Both the position numbers and the translations under genes were made by a program. A DNA stretch of 64,000 bases from an uncultured Candidatus Saccharibacteria bacterium (GTDB lineage Bacteria; Patescibacteriota; WWE3; UBA101185; UBA10185), in NCBI GenBank assembly GCA_964643995.1, contig CAZXUJ010000002.1:114125-178124 (forward strand), given 5' to 3'. The notes under the pieces are model-generated. The model saw nothing but the letters and a program-made list of their open reading frames with translations. It made no database searches and was not told where the DNA came from. Shown here piece after piece: positions 9,570-20,673 of this stretch (its first letter is position 1; each line of letters opens with the position of its first letter).

Positions 9570-9806
9570 ATGAAAACTAAAAAAACATTGGCAAAAAGAA
9601 TAAAAATTACTAAAACTGGTAAGGTTTTGAAAAAACAAAACAACAAAGGTCATTTGAATAGGAAGTTTGATGCGAACAAGCAGCAAAGAAAAAAAGCTTT
9701 GCAAGGAATTCCTAATCATGGGTATTTGAAGAAGATTAAAGTAATGTTAGGTAAGCAAGGCAGACATATCGACATTACAAATACTTCAGAAAAGAAAAAG
9801 ATTTAA
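9570..9806 (+). CDS. rpmI: 50S ribosomal protein L35
   Basis: 'MKTKKTLAKRIKITKTGKVLKK...' matches L35, in the conserved infC-rpmI-rplT order. Confidence 0.85.
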   Translation: MKTKKTLAKRIKITKTGKVLKKQNNKGHLNRKFDANKQQRKKALQGIPNHGYLKKIKVMLGKQGRHIDITNTSEKKKI

Positions 9807-9813
9807 AGATTAT

Positions 9814-10173
9814 ATGGCAAGAGTGAAAGGTGGCGCAAGAGCCCACCAAAGACATAAAAAAATAGTAAAGGCAGCAAAAGGTTACAGGGGAACCAGAAGT
9901 AAGCTTTTCCGAAGAGCACATGAAGCTGTCATTAGAGCAGGCGAACACGCTTTTGGTGGACGAAAAAGAAGAAAAAGAGACATGCGAACATTGTGGATTG
10001 CAAGGTTAAGTGGTGCATTATCTTCACATGATATGAACTACAGCACATTTATCTCAGGCTTAACTAAATCAGGGTTACAACTTAACAGAAAAATGTTGTC
10101 CGAACTTGCAATAAACGATCCGAAAGCTTTCGAAATGGTAGTTTCGAAGGTTAAGGAATTTACCTCTAAATAA
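9814..10173 (+). CDS. rplT: 50S ribosomal protein L20
   Basis: 'MARVKGGARAHQRHKKIVKAAKGYRG' is the L20 signature. Confidence 0.9.
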   Translation: MARVKGGARAHQRHKKIVKAAKGYRGTRSKLFRRAHEAVIRAGEHAFGGRKRRKRDMRTLWIARLSGALSSHDMNYSTFISGLTKSGLQLNRKMLSELAINDPKAFEMVVSKVKEFTSK

Positions 10174-10206
10174 TTCCCATATTAAGCTATAATTAAATAC
10201 GTACGT

Positions 10207-11202
10207 ATGACAGACGATATTGCTGAACTAAGAAAACTTTTTAATAGTGAATTAGCACAAGCTACTGATTTGGATGAACTTTATCTGAAATACTTTTCGA
10301 AGAAGAACGGACTCATAACAAACCTAATGAAAGCCTTGCCAGAGTTGGAAGGCAAAAAAAAGCGCGAAGCAGGAAAACTGCTAAATGATATCCAAAACGA
10401 ATTCAAGCAAAAAATTGATGAAAAAAGAGTAGATTCAAACTACACAAAAATTAATGATCCGCTTATCGACCTAACTATTCCAGCAAAACCACAGAACACA
10501 GGGTATTTACACCCAACAACGCAAGTTATAAGAGAAATGAATGAGTTTTTTAGATACTATGGTTTTTCCGTAGCTGAAGGTCCAGAAATTGAAACTGCTG
10601 AATATAATTTCCGTAAACTTAATCTTCCGGAGGGGCACCCAGCAACTGACTTGCAAGACACTTTGTTTGTGGAAGAACCAAATATACTCCTGAGAACACA
10701 CACCTCATCGGTGGAATCCAGGGTACTTACTGATAACAAACCACCAATCAGAATTGTGGTACCTGGGAAAGTGTATAGAAATGAGACATATAGTGCTACA
10801 AATGGGGCGTTCTTTCATCAATACCAAGGTGTAGTGGTCGATAAAGGAATCACCATTCAAAATTTAATGTATATGCTGGAAAAAGTTCATAAGTTTTTGT
10901 TTGGCGAAGATACAGAGGTTAGATTTAGGTATAAGTATTACCCTGAAGTTTCTCCTGGAGTAGGTGTAGATATGAAATGTAAGTTTTGTAACGGAGTAGG
11001 ATGTACTGTCTGCAAACAAAGAGGATGGATTGAAGTTTTAGGTAGTGGGATGATACATTACAACACTCTAAAGATGTGCAACATTGACCCAGAAATATAC
11101 ACAGGATTTGCTTTCGGCGTAGGTCTAGACCGCTTGGTTATGCAGAAATTTGGCATTAGCGATTTAAGAACCATGTATGGTGGAGGACTAATTTACGTAT
11201 GA
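10207..11202 (+). CDS. pheS: phenylalanyl-tRNA synthetase alpha subunit
   Basis: Class II core 'GFAFGVGLDRLVM' and a small Zn-ribbon insert 'CKFCNGVGCTVC'. Confidence 0.9.
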   Translation: MTDDIAELRKLFNSELAQATDLDELYLKYFSKKNGLITNLMKALPELEGKKKREAGKLLNDIQNEFKQKIDEKRVDSNYTKINDPLIDLTIPAKPQNTGYLHPTTQVIREMNEFFRYYGFSVAEGPEIETAEYNFRKLNLPEGHPATDLQDTLFVEEPNILLRTHTSSVESRVLTDNKPPIRIVVPGKVYRNETYSATNGAFFHQYQGVVVDKGITIQNLMYMLEKVHKFLFGEDTEVRFRYKYYPEVSPGVGVDMKCKFCNGVGCTVCKQRGWIEVLGSGMIHYNTLKMCNIDPEIYTGFAFGVGLDRLVMQKFGISDLRTMYGGGLIYV

Positions 11203-13115
11203 AAATACCTTTAAACTGGCTAAAAGATTATTTAAATACAAACAAAAAAACAAGTGAGCTGGCAGATAGTTTTACTGCATTAGGGTTATTACTTGATAAA
11301 CCAATAGAGAATGTTGGCAATACCGAGGTCTTGGATTTGGAACACCGAATGGATAGAGCAGACTGGCTTTCTGTTTTAGGATGTGCTCGAGATCTTGCGG
11401 CAATGTTACAGATACCTTTGGAGTATCCGAAATTTGATGATAACTTATGGCCCACAATAGATGACACCGAAAAGGTAAAGGTTATGGTAGAGGGGGATGG
11501 TTTTGTTAACCGATTTTATACAAGAGTTCTTAAAAATGTTGTTGTTGGAGAATCTCCCGAATGGCTAAAAGAAAGATTAGTGGCTTACGGCTTGCCATCT
11601 ATAAACAACATCGTAGATATCACTAATTTTGTAATGGTCGAGTTGGGACAGCCGATGCATGCTCATGATCTAGATAAGATGGATTCAAGAGACATAACAT
11701 TTAGAAAGGCAAAGTCTGGGGAAACCATTACTACGTTACTCGGGGAAACTATCAACCTGTCCGAAGATATATGGCTAACAACAACCAATAATGATCCTAC
11801 TGGAATTGGTGGGATTGTAGGCGGGCAAAAAGTTGCAATTGATAGTAATACCAAAAACATAGTTCTGGACTCGGGTAACTATGACCAAACAACAATAAGA
11901 AAATCCTCACGCAAGCTTAAAATATATAATGAAACTGTTTTGAGAGACGACAAATATCTGCATCCAGAAAACAACGAAAGAGCTATAAAACGGGCCACAC
12001 AGCTAATTCTTGAAATTTGCGGACCCAATGTAGAAGTATTTGAAAACTCTGATTTTTATCCCACGAAGTGGCCTATAAAAAATATGGCTATCAGAGTGTC
12101 AAGAGTAAAACAAATAAGTGGCTTGGATTTTGATGTAAGAGACATGCAAAGCATTCTAGAATCCCTTGAATTCAAAGTATTAAGTGTAGGCGAAAAGCAA
12201 CTTCAAGTAGAAGTTCCATTTTTTAGAACAGACATTGAGGTAGAGGATGATTTGGTTTCTGAAATTTTGAGGATTAAAAACTACAATCAAATACCTCTTA
12301 CTCCTATTCAGAGTGCACCACCCAAAGAAATTACACCTGAAATTTACAAATTAGAAGACAGAATACGGGATATCCTGGTCAAGAATGGGTTACACGAACA
12401 CATTACAGATCCTTTGGTGGAAGCTAACAATACTGAGGGGCAAGTGATTCTGCAAAACGCATTAAGCTCAGAAAAAAATGCCATGCGCAACGAAATGCGT
12501 AACTCTCTAGAACCTATATTGTCGGATTATAAAAAACATAAAATCGCAGATGTAGATATATTCGAGATAGGCCTTACTTACCACAAAACCGAGGAATATC
12601 TTGAAAAGAGAGAGCTCTGCGTACTAGCAAGAACAGATACCAAAACAAGTTACGAATTAAATAGACATGTTAAAGGCATACTTGCTACCTTATTCTATGA
12701 ACTAGGTGTTAAAGACTTTGTGATCGAAAACGGGATAATTTCTAGTGGTAAAGTACTTGGAAACTTATGGGTAGATGGATTCGGGCTATACATCGAAGCT
12801 TTACATGATATAGTCGGGTACAAAACCGTATCTCGTGCCCAATCAGTTATACCAAACAATAGTACCGATAACTTTTCTCTGATAGTCAAAGTAGGAAACT
12901 CTTTTGGATCTGCGTACAATGCAATCAAAAATCACAAAGCGATCAAAGATTTAGCTGTTACAGAGGAATATATTGATGAAGCAAAGATTGGAAAAGATAA
13001 CAAGGCAATTCTACTTGAAGTTACTTACAACAAAGATATAGATATAGAAAAAACCAGAAAAGAACTAATTGAAATACTTGAGAACAAATTCGGAATTACT
13101 ATTAGAACGAAGTAA
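11199..13115 (+). CDS. pheT: phenylalanyl-tRNA synthetase beta subunit (short form)
   Basis: N-terminus 'MKIPLNWLKDYL' and B3/4 and B5 regions. It overlaps the pheS stop. Confidence 0.9.
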   Translation: MKIPLNWLKDYLNTNKKTSELADSFTALGLLLDKPIENVGNTEVLDLEHRMDRADWLSVLGCARDLAAMLQIPLEYPKFDDNLWPTIDDTEKVKVMVEGDGFVNRFYTRVLKNVVVGESPEWLKERLVAYGLPSINNIVDITNFVMVELGQPMHAHDLDKMDSRDITFRKAKSGETITTLLGETINLSEDIWLTTTNNDPTGIGGIVGGQKVAIDSNTKNIVLDSGNYDQTTIRKSSRKLKIYNETVLRDDKYLHPENNERAIKRATQLILEICGPNVEVFENSDFYPTKWPIKNMAIRVSRVKQISGLDFDVRDMQSILESLEFKVLSVGEKQLQVEVPFFRTDIEVEDDLVSEILRIKNYNQIPLTPIQSAPPKEITPEIYKLEDRIRDILVKNGLHEHITDPLVEANNTEGQVILQNALSSEKNAMRNEMRNSLEPILSDYKKHKIADVDIFEIGLTYHKTEEYLEKRELCVLARTDTKTSYELNRHVKGILATLFYELGVKDFVIENGIISSGKVLGNLWVDGFGLYIEALHDIVGYKTVSRAQSVIPNNSTDNFSLIVKVGNSFGSAYNAIKNHKAIKDLAVTEEYIDEAKIGKDNKAILLEVTYNKDIDIEKTRKELIEILENKFGITIRTK

Positions 13116-15786
13116 CCTCTAACCTGATTTTGGTAGAGTCTTTGTTCCCTCTATCATTTTCAACTACAGCCTCAAACTCGTGAAAACCTCGCTGATCAGA
13201 CTTAAAGTCGAAATTGTAACCAAAAGGCTCTGATTTATCCTCCGTAACCTTATTACCATCCAAATAGATATTTACATGCCTTACGTCTGTGGGAGAAGAA
13301 ACTTCCACCTCAAGCCTAAAGGACAATGGAACCTTGTCACCATCGTCAAAGTTTACTATTTCGATTTTTGGATTACTCTCCTCACGAACATCGCCATCCT
13401 CATCAAATTCCAGTGCGGAGGTCATTCGAGGAGGGAAATATTCTGGCTTACCGTTGAAGTTTTCACCAATCCAAGCGTCAACATATGGTTGCCATTCAGA
13501 AACTTCGGCACGGACATCGATGTAGGCCTTTACATCAGTTTTATCGGCATCCTTACATGAATCACTTGCCAATTTACCATCTACCTCACAAACCTCATAT
13601 TTCTGGTACCAGTCGCTTGGTGCTGATGGTTCTGTACCTTTAACAAAATATTCATGACGCTTTGAAAAATCTTCAAAGGGTAAGCCACCAGTCAAAGAGT
13701 CAACTAAGACTTTTTCTACATTGGACGGCTTTTGAAATTCTTCTTTTTCATGAGCATTCAAAAATGTAGTCATCGCACGATTCCAAATAGGCGATGCACC
13801 TGTAATACCAGAGGCAACATTACTCATTTCTGCATTGTTATTGTTGCCAACCCAGACTCCTATGACAACTGAAGGGGTATAGCCAACAGCATAGTTATCT
13901 CTTAAATCATCAGTAGTACCGGTTTTAACAGCAACATCATGTCCAGCAATATTTAGTAAACTTCCTGTACCAAACACCAATGATCTAGCATTGTCGTCAG
14001 ACAAAATATCACTGATAATAAAAGCTGTCTCCTCGCTTGTAACCCTTTCACCAACAGGATTATGTTTATAGATTACATTACCACTAGCATTCTTTACTTC
14101 TATTATGGGAAAAGGTTTAACTAAGACTCCTTTATTAGCAAATACGCTGTAGGCACCTGCCATTTCGACCAATTTTGTTTCGCCACCGCCTAACGTCAAA
14201 GCTAAACCATATCTTTGACGATCTGTTAGAGTCGAAATACCCATACTTTCGGCCATATCCAACATACTATCAACTCCAACAATACTTAATGCCTTTACTG
14301 CGGGGATGTTCAAAGAGTTAGCAAGGGATGTTCTCAATGAAACGGGACCACGAAAGATACCGTCATAGTTTTCTGGAATATAGGGCTTATCTGGAGCAGA
14401 ACCTGGGAATTTAGTTAAAACATCTAGAAAGGGAAATCCGGCAGTATACCCTTGCTCAAGCATTGACGCATAAGTAATAGGCTTTATCGAAGAACCAGGT
14501 TGTCGAAGCGAAGTGGCAACATTTACGTTAGGGTCAAAAACACACCCACCCTCCCCAGGAATTCCTGGAGTACAACCTTCGGGAGAAGACTCACCAAAGT
14601 AATCCTTAGACCCTACCATAGCCAAAATTTGCCCATTTTTAGGATCAACAGCTACTAAAGCACCATTTCCTACATTTAGATAAGCTGCTTCTTCAACTTC
14701 CTCAGTAACTATATCCTGAACCTTATTCTGAAACTCAAGATCAAGAGTCGTAGTAACCTGCAGGCCGCCTTGTTCTAGAGCCTCATCACCCAACAAGTCA
14801 GCTAAAGTTTGACGAACATAAAAGACAAAATGAGGAGCTTCAAAATGAACACTTCCCGGAACAAAACTTATTTCTTCATTTTTTGCCGTCTCATATTCTT
14901 CATCGTTCAAATAATATCTTTTACCATCAGGTCCAATCCAACCACGTTCATTCATCAAATATAAGACGTAGTTTTTTCGTTCAAGCCCTGCCTCGGGATC
15001 CGAACCAAAATAAGAGTAACGACTAGGGCTCTGCGGCAAACCTGCCATATATGCGGCCTCAGCAACAGTTAAATCCTTTGGTAGTTTATTAAAGTATGCC
15101 TTCGCTGCAGTAAGAGCACCATAGTTCTGACCACCATAAGGAGTTTCATTAAGGTACATCTGTAATATTTGTTCTTTGGTGTATTTGTTTTCTAACTGCA
15201 AAGCTAAGCTCAATTCCTTTATCTTACGTGTTATCGTACGGTCTTGGGTAAGTACGGCATTTTTCACAACTTGCTGAGTTAATGTGGAACCACCTTGCAA
15301 CCCCTGACCAGTAGCTGTATTTTTAACTGCGCGCAACATACCCAACAAATAAAAACCTTGGTGATTATAAAAATTAGAATCTTCAACTGCTAAAGTTGCA
15401 TGTACCAAATGTTCGGATACATCCTCATACTTTATGAGACTTCGATTTTTTTGTCCGTACACTTCAGAAAGTGGTTGGCCGTTGCGGTCATATAGCTTTG
15501 TAGATAACTCGTCTCCACGTTCTAGTAGTTGGTCAGGGCTTGGTAGCTCACGTGAAAAATACAAAAAAATAAACAAAACTGCAAAAACACCTAAAATCAT
15601 GCTTAACAGGATTCCCATAGCGGCGTGTGTGGCTAGGACTAACCAACGCTCAGGTTTTTTGAAACGAGTTTTTTTCTTAACCCCACCAGAAGAACCCGAC
15701 TGCGGTAGACTGCTATACTTTGGGCGAAGTTTTGTTTTCTTGGTCAGCAGCCCCTTAAGCTTTGGTATTAATATATCTTTTAACAC
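13102..15786 (-). CDS. bifunctional penicillin-binding protein 1A (GT51 transglycosylase + transpeptidase) with long cytoplasmic N-tail and C-terminal extension
   Basis: GT51 motif 'ATLAVEDSNFYNHQGF', transpeptidase motifs 'SSIKP' and 'KTGTTDD', and an N-terminal TM helix. Confidence 0.9.
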   Translation of the reverse strand: MLKDILIPKLKGLLTKKTKLRPKYSSLPQSGSSGGVKKKTRFKKPERWLVLATHAAMGILLSMILGVFAVLFIFLYFSRELPSPDQLLERGDELSTKLYDRNGQPLSEVYGQKNRSLIKYEDVSEHLVHATLAVEDSNFYNHQGFYLLGMLRAVKNTATGQGLQGGSTLTQQVVKNAVLTQDRTITRKIKELSLALQLENKYTKEQILQMYLNETPYGGQNYGALTAAKAYFNKLPKDLTVAEAAYMAGLPQSPSRYSYFGSDPEAGLERKNYVLYLMNERGWIGPDGKRYYLNDEEYETAKNEEISFVPGSVHFEAPHFVFYVRQTLADLLGDEALEQGGLQVTTTLDLEFQNKVQDIVTEEVEEAAYLNVGNGALVAVDPKNGQILAMVGSKDYFGESSPEGCTPGIPGEGGCVFDPNVNVATSLRQPGSSIKPITYASMLEQGYTAGFPFLDVLTKFPGSAPDKPYIPENYDGIFRGPVSLRTSLANSLNIPAVKALSIVGVDSMLDMAESMGISTLTDRQRYGLALTLGGGETKLVEMAGAYSVFANKGVLVKPFPIIEVKNASGNVIYKHNPVGERVTSEETAFIISDILSDDNARSLVFGTGSLLNIAGHDVAVKTGTTDDLRDNYAVGYTPSVVIGVWVGNNNNAEMSNVASGITGASPIWNRAMTTFLNAHEKEEFQKPSNVEKVLVDSLTGGLPFEDFSKRHEYFVKGTEPSAPSDWYQKYEVCEVDGKLASDSCKDADKTDVKAYIDVRAEVSEWQPYVDAWIGENFNGKPEYFPPRMTSALEFDEDGDVREESNPKIEIVNFDDGDKVPLSFRLEVEVSSPTDVRHVNIYLDGNKVTEDKSEPFGYNFDFKSDQRGFHEFEAVVENDRGNKDSTKIRLEVTSF

Positions 15787-15947
15787 ATGGAAATTATAAC
15801 AAATTGAAGCTATACTTGGATCATAAATATGCTAAAAAGCACAAGAAAAAAACTTAAAAAAACTTTCACACGTGAGCGCGTTGCCAAGATGATAGTTCTT
15901 GTTAGTGGGTTGATGCTCGTCGCAACTTCAGTGCTACCATATCTGCT

Positions 15948-17078
15948 ATGAAAACTTTCCTTCAAAAGATGTATGTTACACCAAAGCAATTTGGGGCTAT
16001 TTTTTTTTGTGGTGCATTTTTTACACTAACCTTATTTTTTGTATTCAGCAGAGCAACAGATAGCAAATACCTTGATCGAAGCGATTTTGTACAATTTTAT
16101 ACAGGAGCGGTTATCGCAAAAGACGATCTCTCAAAACTCTATGACCATCAAACTCAAATCAAAGTTCAGAGTACCTACTTCGAGATATTTGATAGATCGT
16201 TCAGATCGTTGCCATTTGTGGCAATGATACTAAAACCCTTAGCATTTACTAACCCAAAAACTGCTCAGGACATAATGTTAGGCGCAATGTTAGCGGCTTT
16301 CATTATTGTCATTGGGATGTATTCTAGCTCAACAAAGGACTTTATCTTCAAAGTAATAGTTACAGGAAGTTACTATCCGCTTGTATTGGCGGTGTATAAC
16401 ATCCAAGTTTCACTAATGGTAGCTGCCGCTGTAGGCCTGGGTATATTACTACTTAAAAAAAACTACTGTGGGATAGCGGGAATAATACTTGCAACTGTCC
16501 TACTCAAGCCACAGTTTATGCTATTACCCATACTTCTTGTCGAAACAGCAAGGGACAAAATAAAATATTTACTGGGCTTAGGTGTCAGTTGTATAGGGCT
16601 ACTTTCTATTGGAAGTGATAAACTTGGAATCGCATACCCTTTAAAATATCTGACATTTTTAACAGAGACGGAAAACGGGTATTTTGGTACAAATCATTTT
16701 GAGCTAAGCTCATTACAAACTTTTTTTGCACATGTTAATTATGAACTGGCTAACAAACTAACCTTATATACAGTTCTTGTATTACTACCAATTGCAATAT
16801 ACCTGTATTTTAAATTTTCTAGTAGATTGAGTTTCACAGAGCAAGTTCTTGTTGCGATGTTACTCACAATTGCCCTCAGCCTGCATTCATTTATTTTTGA
16901 CTCCCTTATGCTTATTTTTCCATTATTTTCACTTTATGAGGAGAAACAGTTCAGACTAAGTAAGTTTTTATATTTTTTGCCTTTCACAACACTGATCGCG
17001 ATAAATTATGTGCATGCTTTGAGTTATCTTGGCATCGCGGGTTACCTGTTATTGGTAAAAGCAAGGACTCGGATATAA
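15948..17078 (+). CDS. polytopic membrane protein, GT-C / GT87(DUF2029)-like glycosyltransferase candidate
   Basis: About 10 TM helices. The motif 'LLKKNYCGIAGIILATVLLKPQFMLLPILL' is paralogous to the 50736..51956 protein. Confidence 0.45.
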   Translation: MKTFLQKMYVTPKQFGAIFFCGAFFTLTLFFVFSRATDSKYLDRSDFVQFYTGAVIAKDDLSKLYDHQTQIKVQSTYFEIFDRSFRSLPFVAMILKPLAFTNPKTAQDIMLGAMLAAFIIVIGMYSSSTKDFIFKVIVTGSYYPLVLAVYNIQVSLMVAAAVGLGILLLKKNYCGIAGIILATVLLKPQFMLLPILLVETARDKIKYLLGLGVSCIGLLSIGSDKLGIAYPLKYLTFLTETENGYFGTNHFELSSLQTFFAHVNYELANKLTLYTVLVLLPIAIYLYFKFSSRLSFTEQVLVAMLLTIALSLHSFIFDSLMLIFPLFSLYEEKQFRLSKFLYFLPFTTLIAINYVHALSYLGIAGYLLLVKARTRI

Positions 17079-17085
17079 TAACCAC

Positions 17086-19113
17086 ATGCAAAACTTGAAA
17101 GTTCCCGTCGCGGCTTTACCAAAGGTTGGACCCAAATATGCAGAGCTATTATCAAAACTCAAAATAGAAACTGTAGAAGACCTGTTATATTACTTTCCAT
17201 ACCGATATGAAAACTATTCAAATGTGAAAGCAATAAAGGAGCTTCAACCAGAGGAGACAGTAACAATTGAAGCAACGGTTTTACGTATTGATAACATTTT
17301 TACTCGTAATAACAAAAAAATTACCAAAGCAACGGCACAAGATGAGACTGGGCAAATTGAACTTGTATGGTTTAACCAACATTACATTAAAAACTCAATA
17401 ATCAAGGGAATTCCATATTATTTTAGCGGGAAGGTAACCGCATTTAACACCAAGCTTTCGCTTGTAGCTCCTCAGTTTGAGCAAGTTCGAAAGGACAACA
17501 TAAATACCGCGCGACTTGTGCCTATTTACTCAGAAACTTATGGGGTACCCTCCAAATGGTTACGGACAAGAGTCGATTTTATTCTCAAAACACTGTTGGC
17601 AGTGGATCCAATAACCGAAACCTTGCCAGAAGATATTATTCAAAAAGAGAAGCTGCTAGAACTAAACCAAGCTTTAAAAAATATTCACTTTCCGGAAAAC
17701 GATGAACTGCATATTAGGGCAAATGAAAGACTCGCATTCGAAGAACTTTTCAAAGAATTAATCAAAATTGAAAAACGTAAGCATTTTTGGAGAAATGAAA
17801 ACAAAGGTGCAAAAATCACTTATAAAAAATTTGAAAAAGAAGTAGAGCAATTTATAAACAACTTGCCCTTCACACTAACAAATTCACAAATACAAGTTCT
17901 ACAAGATATCAAGCAAGATCTGGACAAAACCTTCCCAATGAACAGATTGGTCGAAGGAGATGTGGGGTCGGGTAAAACAATCGTGGCAGTAATTGCCGCA
18001 TATCTCACACAGCTCAATGACTACAAAACTGTTTATATGGCACCTACAGAGCTTTTAGCGACACAACATTATGAAACATTCAAAAAATACCTAGATAATC
18101 TTGGCGTAAACGTGCAACTTTGCACTGGAAGTAGCAAGCCGAAAAACCTAGAAAAGTCAGACGTACTGGTTGGGACACATGCACTTTTGTACATGCAAGA
18201 TAATTTACCAAATATTGGTCTAGTAGTAATAGATGAACAACATCGTTTTGGCGTAGAACAAAGAGCAACACTAACTAGGCTAGGGGATAAAAATGCAGAA
18301 CCAAATGTTTTGACAATGACGGCAACACCAATTCCTAGAACGTTAGCATTAACTCTTTATGGAGATCTAGATTTATCGGTGCTAAGCGAAGTTCCAAACA
18401 AAAATAAAAATATCAAAACAAAAGTACTCGAGGATAAATACAGACAAAAAACTTATGAATGGGTGAGAGATCAAAACAAAAAGGCATTTATAGTTTGCCC
18501 ACTTATAGAAGAGTCTGAGTCAGAAACTATGGAAAATGTTAAAGCTGTTCAAGTTGAATACGAAAATTTAAAAAATGGGGTTTTTAAAGACATTGAAATA
18601 GGTCTACTACACGGAAGAATGTCAGCAAAAGAAAAAAATGAAATCATGTTGCGATTTAGAAACGACGAAGTAAGAGTTTTGGTTTCTACACCAGTGATAG
18701 AGGTTGGAGTAGACATCCCTGATGCTGAGGTTATTGTTATTGAAAGCGCCGAGAGGTATGGGTTAGCGTCATTGCATCAGCTTAGGGGTAGAGTAGGGCG
18801 TGGTATTGCAGAAGCTCATTGTATACTTTTTATGTCAAATTTTTCCAAAAGAGGGTTTACTAGATTAAAAAATCTCGAAGCTTTTGATTCGGGGTTAAAA
18901 CTTGCCGAGATAGATATGGAGTTTCGTGGAGAAGGGGATACATTTGGTGTAAGGCAACACGGTTTTAGACAATTTAAAATCGCAGACATCACTGATATAG
19001 AGTTTTTGAGCAGAGTTAAAAAATGTGCTGAAGAAACTTACAGAAAAATAGCGAAGTACCCTAAACTTCAAGCCGAACTAGAACAAGTTACACAACATGC
19101 TGTGAAAAACTAG
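17086..19113 (+). CDS. recG: ATP-dependent DNA helicase RecG
   Basis: Wedge domain 'YYFPYRYEN', helicase motif I 'GDVGSGKT', DEQH box, motif VI 'QLRGRVGRG'. Confidence 0.9.
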   Translation: MQNLKVPVAALPKVGPKYAELLSKLKIETVEDLLYYFPYRYENYSNVKAIKELQPEETVTIEATVLRIDNIFTRNNKKITKATAQDETGQIELVWFNQHYIKNSIIKGIPYYFSGKVTAFNTKLSLVAPQFEQVRKDNINTARLVPIYSETYGVPSKWLRTRVDFILKTLLAVDPITETLPEDIIQKEKLLELNQALKNIHFPENDELHIRANERLAFEELFKELIKIEKRKHFWRNENKGAKITYKKFEKEVEQFINNLPFTLTNSQIQVLQDIKQDLDKTFPMNRLVEGDVGSGKTIVAVIAAYLTQLNDYKTVYMAPTELLATQHYETFKKYLDNLGVNVQLCTGSSKPKNLEKSDVLVGTHALLYMQDNLPNIGLVVIDEQHRFGVEQRATLTRLGDKNAEPNVLTMTATPIPRTLALTLYGDLDLSVLSEVPNKNKNIKTKVLEDKYRQKTYEWVRDQNKKAFIVCPLIEESESETMENVKAVQVEYENLKNGVFKDIEIGLLHGRMSAKEKNEIMLRFRNDEVRVLVSTPVIEVGVDIPDAEVIVIESAERYGLASLHQLRGRVGRGIAEAHCILFMSNFSKRGFTRLKNLEAFDSGLKLAEIDMEFRGEGDTFGVRQHGFRQFKIADITDIEFLSRVKKCAEETYRKIAKYPKLQAELEQVTQHAVKN

Positions 19114-19121
19114 CATAAGTT

Positions 19122-20648
19122 CTAGCTTAAATTATAGAGAGCGCCAAACTTTTGTTTGAGGTAAGACTTCAAATATTCAGGGTTAAGACTTTCACCAGAA
19201 ATCATTTCACATAGCTCAGCTGGGGTATAGACACTTCCATGAGCATGAAGTTTTTCTCTAAGCCACTTAAGTAAAATGGCAGTATTACCTTGGCTAATTT
19301 CTTCTCTAAGGTTGGGGATTTGTTTTTGGATCGTTGCCCAAAACTGAGCCGCGTAAAGATTACCTAACGTGTAAGTTGGAAAATAGCCAATACCTCCTGT
19401 AGCCCAATGAATATCTTGCAAAACACCTTTTGAATCATCGGGGGGTGTAACACCTAGATATTCTTGCATTTTGACGTTCCATGCCTCAGGAAGATCTTTT
19501 ACCTTTAAATCACCTTTTACTAAAGCGCATTCAAGTTCAAATCTTAAAATTATGTGTAAGTTGTAGGTAACCTCATCAGCTTCAACACGAATAAAACTTG
19601 GTGAAACCATGTTAAGTGCTTTTACAAAATTATCCTGTTCAGTTACGTTTACCACATCGCCGAAGTATTTAACAAAAGTTGGAAACCAGTGTACCCAAAA
19701 TTCTGGAGTACGACCAACAAAATTTTCCCACATACGAGACTGTGATTCATGGATACCTAAAGAAACTCCTGTACCAATAATTGTTGAGTCTAATTGATGC
19801 GAAATACCTTGCTCATACAAAGCATGGCCAACCTCATGAATTGTTGCCATAACTGAAGAGTTAACTTCGTTTTCATAAAATCTGGTGGTAATACGAACAT
19901 CAGTACTAGTTCCAAATTCGGTAGTAAATGGATGAGTAGATCTGTCCAAACGACCAGCCTCAAAATCATAACCAATACCAGTTGCTAGATCGTTGTTGAA
20001 AGCTAGTTGTTTATCAATAGGGTAATTGCGATGCAAAATAGTGTTGGTTATCTTTACACTTGAAGCCGAAATATCCGCCACAAACTTTTTGGTAAAATCT
20101 TTTAATGGTTCAAAAATCGACTTGACCTTCGACTCAGTCAAACCTTGTTCATACAAATCTAACAACGTATCGTAAGGCGAGTCGTCGTAACCATAATAAT
20201 CAGCTTTTTGACGTGCAAGATCAAACGACTTTTGTAGATCTTTCTCGAAGATACTAAAATCTTTTTTTTCTCTTGCTTCTCGCCATGTCTCTAGAGATTG
20301 CGAAGTGTGTTCAGTAAGCTCTTTTACAAACTTAACCGGGAGTTTGGTCTCACGATCATAAGTTCTTTTGAACTCACGAACTAATGCTTTGTCTGAAGGT
20401 GTAAAAGATTCTGGAGAGCGCGAAATTTCTTTGACAAGCCTATCTACCAATTTACCGTTTTCTTTGTCTGTTAGGGCGCTATGTGAAAGTTCTGAAATTA
20501 TAGACATTTGTTGAGAACGACTAAAACCAGCTTTACGAGGCATCATGACTTCTTGATCCCATTCGAGTAGCGCCAAAATACCGCGCATGTATGTGATGTG
20601 TCGAGATTTTTCGATGAGTCTTTTGATATCTGGGTTTTTTGTAAACAT
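19122..20648 (-). CDS. M32 family carboxypeptidase (Taq-like metallocarboxypeptidase)
   Basis: 'HEVGHALYEQG' (HExxH) and the M32 signature 'DIHWATGGIGYFPTYTLGNLYAAQ'. Confidence 0.85.
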   Translation of the reverse strand: MFTKNPDIKRLIEKSRHITYMRGILALLEWDQEVMMPRKAGFSRSQQMSIISELSHSALTDKENGKLVDRLVKEISRSPESFTPSDKALVREFKRTYDRETKLPVKFVKELTEHTSQSLETWREAREKKDFSIFEKDLQKSFDLARQKADYYGYDDSPYDTLLDLYEQGLTESKVKSIFEPLKDFTKKFVADISASSVKITNTILHRNYPIDKQLAFNNDLATGIGYDFEAGRLDRSTHPFTTEFGTSTDVRITTRFYENEVNSSVMATIHEVGHALYEQGISHQLDSTIIGTGVSLGIHESQSRMWENFVGRTPEFWVHWFPTFVKYFGDVVNVTEQDNFVKALNMVSPSFIRVEADEVTYNLHIILRFELECALVKGDLKVKDLPEAWNVKMQEYLGVTPPDDSKGVLQDIHWATGGIGYFPTYTLGNLYAAQFWATIQKQIPNLREEISQGNTAILLKWLREKLHAHGSVYTPAELCEMISGESLNPEYLKSYLKQKFGALYNLS

Positions 20649-20673
20649 ATCGATTTAATAGTAACATACAGCC

